Source: a virus (lineage: Duplodnaviria > Caudoviricetes). From it: a DNA stretch of 31,069 nt. Each line of letters begins with the position of its first letter. The first letter of the stretch is position 1. Shown here one piece after another: positions 26,505-31,069 of the stretch. Below the pieces are notes generated by a model. That model ran no database searches, was not told the origin of the DNA, and saw only the letters and a list, made by a program, of their open reading frames with translations. The stretch lies in the IMG/VR virus record IMGVR_UViG_3300044730_000145, positions 1 through 31,069 of that record; one strand, written 5' to 3'. The position numbers were made by a program, and so were the translations under genes.

Positions 26505-26674
26505 GGTTGTTCGATTTGTAGTTTTTCAATAAGTTCAGCAATCACACACCATTGTGCAATTGTTCGTTTTGTGTAGTCGTCTTGACGACCGAAGGTCTCG
26601 ACCATTTCATTCATGAATTCACGCGCTTCACGTTCTTCACGAAGAATGATTTCAATCATTTGTTCTTTTGTCAT
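26501..26674 (-). CDS. Hypothetical early protein, 57 aa (not in ORF track)
   Basis: MTKEQMIEIILREE...; ATGA overlaps on both sides. Confidence 0.7.
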   Translation of the reverse strand: MTKEQMIEIILREEREAREFMNEMVETFGRQDDYTKRTIAQWCVIAELIEKLQIEQP

Positions 26675-26832
26675 AATTCAGTGATTTGATAAGTTGATAA
26701 ATCGTTGATGTTGCTGGTCGCAATGTAAAGTTGCGCGTAAGCTTCAGCGCTTTGGATGTTTACGAATTCATCCACTTTCGTGAACAATTCGTTGCCGTCA
26801 TTGTCTTGAAATTCAATTCTAAATGTTTTCAT
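26671..26832 (-). CDS. Hypothetical first early protein, 53 aa (not in ORF track)
   Basis: MKTFRIEFQDNDGNEL...; A-rich leader. Confidence 0.7.
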   Translation of the reverse strand: MKTFRIEFQDNDGNELFTKVDEFVNIQSAEAYAQLYIATSNINDLSTYQITEL

Positions 26833-27025
26833 TTTGTGTTTTTTTAATTGTTTAACGTGGTGAAATTACAAAATGTTTCATAACTGAAAAACTTTTTTCA
26901 CAAAACTTTTAATTTTTACACAAATTTAGAATGATTCTAAATAAGGAATATCACATAATGTTGGTGAAAATCACTTAATTAAGCACATAAGCTTAAAAAA
27001 GTCGAGAAAAAATAAGGTGATAAGC
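26833..27025 (-). promoter_or_regulatory. Early control region: TAATTTCA (26861-26868), operator-like TTTCA-N4-TGAAA (26876-26889), 9-1-9 palindrome (26924-26942)
   Basis: AT-rich non-coding gap at the late/early boundary. Confidence 0.6.
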
Positions 27026-28060
27026 TTAAAACAAATGTGTCAATCGAGCGATTTGACCGTGTTCTTTGTGGTGAATGAATCCTTCAATCGCTTTCGGCGC
27101 GTGTTGGTAGCCATTTCGGTGATGCCATGAATCCGTTCCTGAAGGTGAACGCAAAGATTCAACCGTGACACCGATGAAATCTTTTGCAATTTTGTGATGA
27201 ACGTGGTGTGTGTACACATAGCGGTGTTTCGTTTGCGACCATTCAACCGGGAATTCTTGTGCCATTAACAACGGCAAGTCTTGAAGCTTCGCGCCGTCGC
27301 CGTGTGTCGTTCCGATTAAACTTGTTCCGTAATGAAAAGCTTTGCGATGTGCAATCGAACAATCGAAAGTGATATTCGGGCAATTCCTGAACCATGACTG
27401 GATGACATCCGCAAGGAAAAAGCCATTCGTATAGTCGTGATTTGACGGATTGAATGTGAAATGTACGTCCGCAATCGTCACCAGCTTTTCAAGGATGTCA
27501 ACGTAAAGCCGTTTCGCGTTTAGAAAATTTTCGTACCACATTCCGTCGGTGTCTTGTGGTGTTCCAGCGGTCGTTTGTCGTTTCGGTGTGTCGATGTGAA
27601 GGATGTCATTGCCACCGATGAAAAGAATCTTTTCAATCTGGAATCCACTTGACTTGTCAAGAATTCCTTGAACACCTTCGTGAACTCGTTTAACGGCGAT
27701 TTGTTGGTTGTAATCTTCGCCCGTTTCAAAGGACGTCGCCAGCTTTCCGATGTGAATGTCAGCCGGATCAATGACCAACAAATGACCTTCGGTTGATTGT
27801 GTTCTTGTTATTTGTGGATAAACTGGTGAATGTTCTTCAATTGATTTGAGAATGTCCAGCTTCAGGTTTTCCAGTTTTTTCGATTCTTGATTTTCGAAGT
27901 CAGGATTCTTAAAAAACAAGCTGGTGTTCTTTGATTTCAACCAACCATGTTTGACTGTTTTCAGGTCAATATCTTGGTCGTCGCATTCATTCTTGATTGC
28001 GCGATATTGTTGAACCACCTCGTATTCATCTGTGGTCAACCTTGGTCGAAATCTTATCAT
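27026..28060 (-). CDS. Calcineurin-like metallophosphoesterase, 344 aa
   Basis: ADIHIG, GNDILH, SNHD, THGD and HHVHH. Confidence 0.8.
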   Translation of the reverse strand: MIRFRPRLTTDEYEVVQQYRAIKNECDDQDIDLKTVKHGWLKSKNTSLFFKNPDFENQESKKLENLKLDILKSIEEHSPVYPQITRTQSTEGHLLVIDPADIHIGKLATSFETGEDYNQQIAVKRVHEGVQGILDKSSGFQIEKILFIGGNDILHIDTPKRQTTAGTPQDTDGMWYENFLNAKRLYVDILEKLVTIADVHFTFNPSNHDYTNGFFLADVIQSWFRNCPNITFDCSIAHRKAFHYGTSLIGTTHGDGAKLQDLPLLMAQEFPVEWSQTKHRYVYTHHVHHKIAKDFIGVTVESLRSPSGTDSWHHRNGYQHAPKAIEGFIHHKEHGQIARLTHLF

Positions 28061-28515
28061 AAGTATTTGAAGAATAATTGAACGCGCGCAATGAAAGAGC
28101 TATTCAATACAAATCGAAGAATGAACCCAACAACAAAAGCAATCAAGACAATCCACCAGTTGGTTCGATATTTCACAACCTGAACCGCCTTCGCTGTTTT
28201 CCATTGTGTCTTTCCTTGAATTCGAAGTGTCTTCACGCGTTCCTTATATTCGATTCGTGTCTGGAATCTGGTCTTCGGAACGTAAACATTTCGAAAATTA
28301 ATGACCGTATCTTTCGTGGTAATAAACTTTTCCCAAACAATAGAATCAAATCGAACCACGGCGAATGAATCAAGCGTTGTGATTCGAATCGTGTCGGTGT
28401 CTTGAATCAATTTTGCGCCATGTTTAAGCGCTTTTTTGACGTGATATTGTGCTTTCCTTTCCGACGAACACGAAACGACGGCTAACGTGATTAAAATGGC
28501 GTAAATTATTTTCAT
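28057..28515 (-). CDS. Lipoprotein with a C-terminal TM helix (putative unimolecular spanin), 152 aa
   Basis: MKIIYAILITLAVVS-C lipobox; WWIVLIAFVVGFIL TM segment; follows the endolysin. Confidence 0.6.
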   Translation of the reverse strand: MKIIYAILITLAVVSCSSERKAQYHVKKALKHGAKLIQDTDTIRITTLDSFAVVRFDSIVWEKFITTKDTVINFRNVYVPKTRFQTRIEYKERVKTLRIQGKTQWKTAKAVQVVKYRTNWWIVLIAFVVGFILRFVLNSSFIARVQLFFKYL

Positions 28516-29168
28516 AAGTTCTTCAGCATTTCGATTAAACGTGGACAAGGATACACATCGGATTTGTCACGACGCACCGAATTGTGTGTGTAAATTCCTT
28601 TTTCATTCTTCAGCGCAAACAAATCAATGTCCCAAATGGATTCGTTGTAGTCCATAGGGATGTCGTATGTTTCGCAAAGGTAAATCACAAGCTTTCGTGT
28701 CGATTCGATTTGTTCGTCGGTATATTTCAACCAAAACTTGTGACCTTTGAATGGTCGTTCCAGTTCAGTCACCATTGACGAAGGAACAACGCGGTTGACG
28801 TAGTTATAAAATTTTCCGTTGACTTGTTTCAACATTCCCCAGTTTGTCAATTCAATTCCGATGGATGTCTTGTTCAGGTCGCTAAATGGAATCTTGTTCG
28901 CCTTGAAGATTTCCGAACCGACACCAAGATGCCACGCCCAATGTTTCGAGCTGAAGCATTGAACGATTTCACCACGTTCACCAACCACAAAAGCGGTCGC
29001 AATCTTTGACGAATTCGAATTCCAAAACTTCGAAACGCTTCGCGCGTCACCACCACCAGCGGTGTGGTGAAGATATACTTGTGTTTTCGGATGTTCTTCA
29101 GGAATAAATTGTCCCGGTGACAATCGTTCCTGAATTAAATTCAAGTCACTTATTTGAATTCGTCCCAT
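28512..29168 (-). CDS. Endolysin, N-acetylmuramoyl-L-alanine amidase (Amidase_2), 218 aa
   Basis: VYLHHTAG, AWH, SIGIE and THNSVRRDKSD. Confidence 0.88.
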   Translation of the reverse strand: MGRIQISDLNLIQERLSPGQFIPEEHPKTQVYLHHTAGGGDARSVSKFWNSNSSKIATAFVVGERGEIVQCFSSKHWAWHLGVGSEIFKANKIPFSDLNKTSIGIELTNWGMLKQVNGKFYNYVNRVVPSSMVTELERPFKGHKFWLKYTDEQIESTRKLVIYLCETYDIPMDYNESIWDIDLFALKNEKGIYTHNSVRRDKSDVYPCPRLIEMLKNL

Positions 29169-29569
29169 TCTTTGTGTTTTGCTGTTATAAAATCTTTGAA
29201 CGATTTCAAGACGTCCTTCTTTGTTACCTCGAAATAAGATTCATTAATTGATTTTAATTCAACGAACACGCAAAAAAATGTGAACGCTTTGGTCAACACA
29301 AGGTCAACCGAAATAAACAAGCCAATCAAGTCCGCAAGGACATACATTTCAAGGAAAAATACCGACACAATAGCGCCAGCGTAAAGCAAAGTTTTCGACA
29401 CGGTTCGTTTGAATCCAGTTGACCGCAATGGATATTTCAATTTTTTGCTTCGCCAAACACCGACCACAAGGTCGATCCAAATAAAAAAGATAGTTATTGC
29501 AACCATTCCCTTCACTGGTGCGAGAATTGATAAAAAAGAAACGCCAAGTAAAGTCAAGTTAGTTTTCAT
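29150..29569 (-). CDS. Holin (phage holin 4-like), 139 aa
   Basis: IDLVVGVW, STGFKRTVSK and ELKSINE; TM segments; upstream of the endolysin. Confidence 0.8.
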   Translation of the reverse strand: MKTNLTLLGVSFLSILAPVKGMVAITIFFIWIDLVVGVWRSKKLKYPLRSTGFKRTVSKTLLYAGAIVSVFFLEMYVLADLIGLFISVDLVLTKAFTFFCVFVELKSINESYFEVTKKDVLKSFKDFITAKHKEWDEFK

Positions 29570-29744
29570 CGTTTATTTGATTGTCATGTAATTCACTAAA
29601 GATTTGATATAAATTAAAAAGAAAAATAGTCCAGCCGAACATAATCATGGAAAAGGAATCACTATACCACAAAGACAAAGCGGTCGTGAAGCTTGCAACA
29701 TAGTAAGCAATCGCCAAGAATCGAATGTGGTCTTGATTAATCAT
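29559..29744 (-). CDS. Small two-TM membrane protein, 61 aa
   Basis: Hydrophobic; overlaps the holin start. Confidence 0.6.
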   Translation of the reverse strand: MINQDHIRFLAIAYYVASFTTALSLWYSDSFSMIMFGWTIFLFNLYQIFSELHDNQINDEN

Positions 29745-30201
29745 TGCCGAATGAATAATTGTCCATAGGTATTTGACACCAATCTTCGTTGTCGTAAACG
29801 TTCATCGCGATGTTCATTGTCCAACCAGCCGTGACGTCGTGTGAACGGTTGATGAATGGTTGCGTCGCCATTGTTCCAGTCACGTCAAGGAAATCTTCGA
29901 AGCGCCATTGCTTCAAAATGACATGAATATCTTTGCAAATGGACAAACAATCGGAATGAATTTCGTTGATTTGTCTATATTCTTGTATGTTGTATTTGTC
30001 AGCAATCGAAATGATTGCGTTCACCTGAACACCGAAGTCGTTAATTTGTCCCGGTTGTAAGGTGACAACCATTAAAGGATAATCAATCGCGTCGCGTGAC
30101 ACCGCATCAAGAAAGTCGCCTTGAAAGAAGCTGTTGATTTGACGGTGTTCCGTTGCTATTATTTCGAATTCCTTCATCAACGCGTTTAGTGTTCTTTCCA
30201 T
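29737..30201 (-). CDS. Putative tail terminator protein, 154 aa
   Basis: HRQINSF, YPLMVV, HSDCLSI and PF...VTAGW; structural-gene context. Confidence 0.55.
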   Translation of the reverse strand: MERTLNALMKEFEIIATEHRQINSFFQGDFLDAVSRDAIDYPLMVVTLQPGQINDFGVQVNAIISIADKYNIQEYRQINEIHSDCLSICKDIHVILKQWRFEDFLDVTGTMATQPFINRSHDVTAGWTMNIAMNVYDNEDWCQIPMDNYSFGND

Positions 30202-30262
30202 TCTTCAGGTATTTGTTCAGTTTTTCAATGTCTTTTTTGCTTGGTGTAAAGCGTTTATTCAT
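30107..30262 (-). CDS. Small basic ORF, 51 aa (MNKRFTPSKKDIEKLNKYL...)
   Basis: ATGA-coupled to the connector stop; bridges the gap to 30201. Confidence 0.4.
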   Translation of the reverse strand: MNKRFTPSKKDIEKLNKYLKNGKNTKRVDEGIRNNSNGTPSNQQLLSRRLS

Positions 30263-30777
30263 ACAATCCAATTTAACGGCGAATAACCAGTATTGTCCTT
30301 TGTAACTTTTTCATGACACATGGACGGTGATCCACAACAATCAATATATTCAGGATAGTTGTCACCGTTGTCGTCCATAAGAAAACCGATTAAACGTTCT
30401 TTGTAAAATTGTGCGTCCTTCAATAGTTGGTCACGCAAAACGTAAGTATCTGGTGTGTTGTTCGCGGAAATGTTTTCGTCGTTCACACGTCCGACCGATT
30501 TGTTTGTTAGCTTTTCATTCAATAGTAACGCGCAACGGTAGTCAACGTAAGCGACCAAACAAGGCACGACGTAATCATTCATCAACGTCAGGTAAGTCGG
30601 TGTCCAAGTGTTGTTTTGAACGCGCAACAATAACGCTTTGTAAAGCGGTGTTCCAAGCGCTGGTTGAACGTGGATATCTTGACTTCGACGAATCGCCACG
30701 GCAAGAATTTTCGTGTCGGTGTTTTGGTGAATAAGACCTAATTTTTTTAGGTTTTCAACGGATAAAAGATAGTTCAT
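30259..30777 (-). CDS. Putative head-tail connector / adaptor, 172 aa
   Basis: Likely start MNYLLS, 2 nt after the portal stop; QDIHVQPALGTPLY, YKERLIGFL and NYPEY. Confidence 0.6.
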   Translation of the reverse strand: MNYLLSVENLKKLGLIHQNTDTKILAVAIRRSQDIHVQPALGTPLYKALLLRVQNNTWTPTYLTLMNDYVVPCLVAYVDYRCALLLNEKLTNKSVGRVNDENISANNTPDTYVLRDQLLKDAQFYKERLIGFLMDDNGDNYPEYIDCCGSPSMCHEKVTKDNTGYSPLNWIV

Positions 30778-30779
30778 AT

Positions 30780-31069
30780 TTATTGTGCAATTACAAGTTG
30801 TTGAATCCATTCGTGACGACAATAAGGTGTCGTCGCTTTCGTTTCGTGATTCGTATACCAGCCACCACGGTAACGCCACACATCGCGGTCAACGCGAACT
30901 GAAATGTTGTCAATGTCTTGACGGGAATAACTTCGGTTTAATTCGATAAGCTTCACACAAAACGCGCGTGATTGTGTAATCGGATCAGGTACGTTCGGAC
31001 GTGTTCGGTAGGTGTACCTAACTTCGAACCTTGAAATCGGAATGTCAAGGTTTTCAATGACTGACTTTC
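30780..31069 (-). CDS. Portal protein, 3' part
   Basis: In frame with 1-1614 across the overlap: ...SRAFCVKLIELNRSYSRQDIDNISVRVDRDVWRYRGGWYTNHETKATTPYCRHEWIQQLVIAQ*. Confidence 0.85.
   Translation of the reverse strand, partial: KSVIENLDIPISRFEVRYTYRTRPNVPDPITQSRAFCVKLIELNRSYSRQDIDNISVRVDRDVWRYRGGWYTNHETKATTPYCRHEWIQQLVIAQ
30933..31069. repeat. Terminal direct repeat, right copy
   Basis: 136/137 identical to 1-137. Confidence 0.97.

Noticed and set aside
30778-30879. Extended N-termini in the ORF track (connector 30879, protease 5522, terL 15822, GT 16803)
   Set aside because: They overlap upstream genes; the downstream ATGs coupled to neighbouring stops or promoters are more plausible.

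Overview
The window is an apparently complete, circular (137-bp end overlap; about 30,932 bp unique) tailed dsDNA phage genome, probably a siphovirus infecting a Bacteroidota/Flavobacteriia host. The host inference rests on TAnnTTTG promoters, no evident Shine-Dalgarno sequences, and DUF3127 and VirE_N-type genes. Every credible gene except one is on the minus strand. Read right to left: small early genes; a DnaA-C-like protein; a putative origin; primase-helicase; nucleases, ERF, exonuclease and SSB; an ECF-like sigma factor; a glycosyltransferase; terminase; a frameshifted tail chaperone; tail genes; tape measure; protease, scaffold, capsid and tail tube; then portal (wrapping the contig end), connector, lysis cassette and a metallophosphoesterase. 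No integrase, tRNA or CRISPR array was seen. Main observations: (i) a phage sigma factor with a four-copy 19-bp putative late promoter, CGAACAA-N4-ACATAWTA; (ii) a lone antisense Stealth-like sugar-phosphotransferase plus a GT-A glycosyltransferase; (iii) a portal fused to HTH and MuF-like domains; (iv) strong GAG/CTC avoidance. All family calls come from motif recognition by eye, not from database searches.
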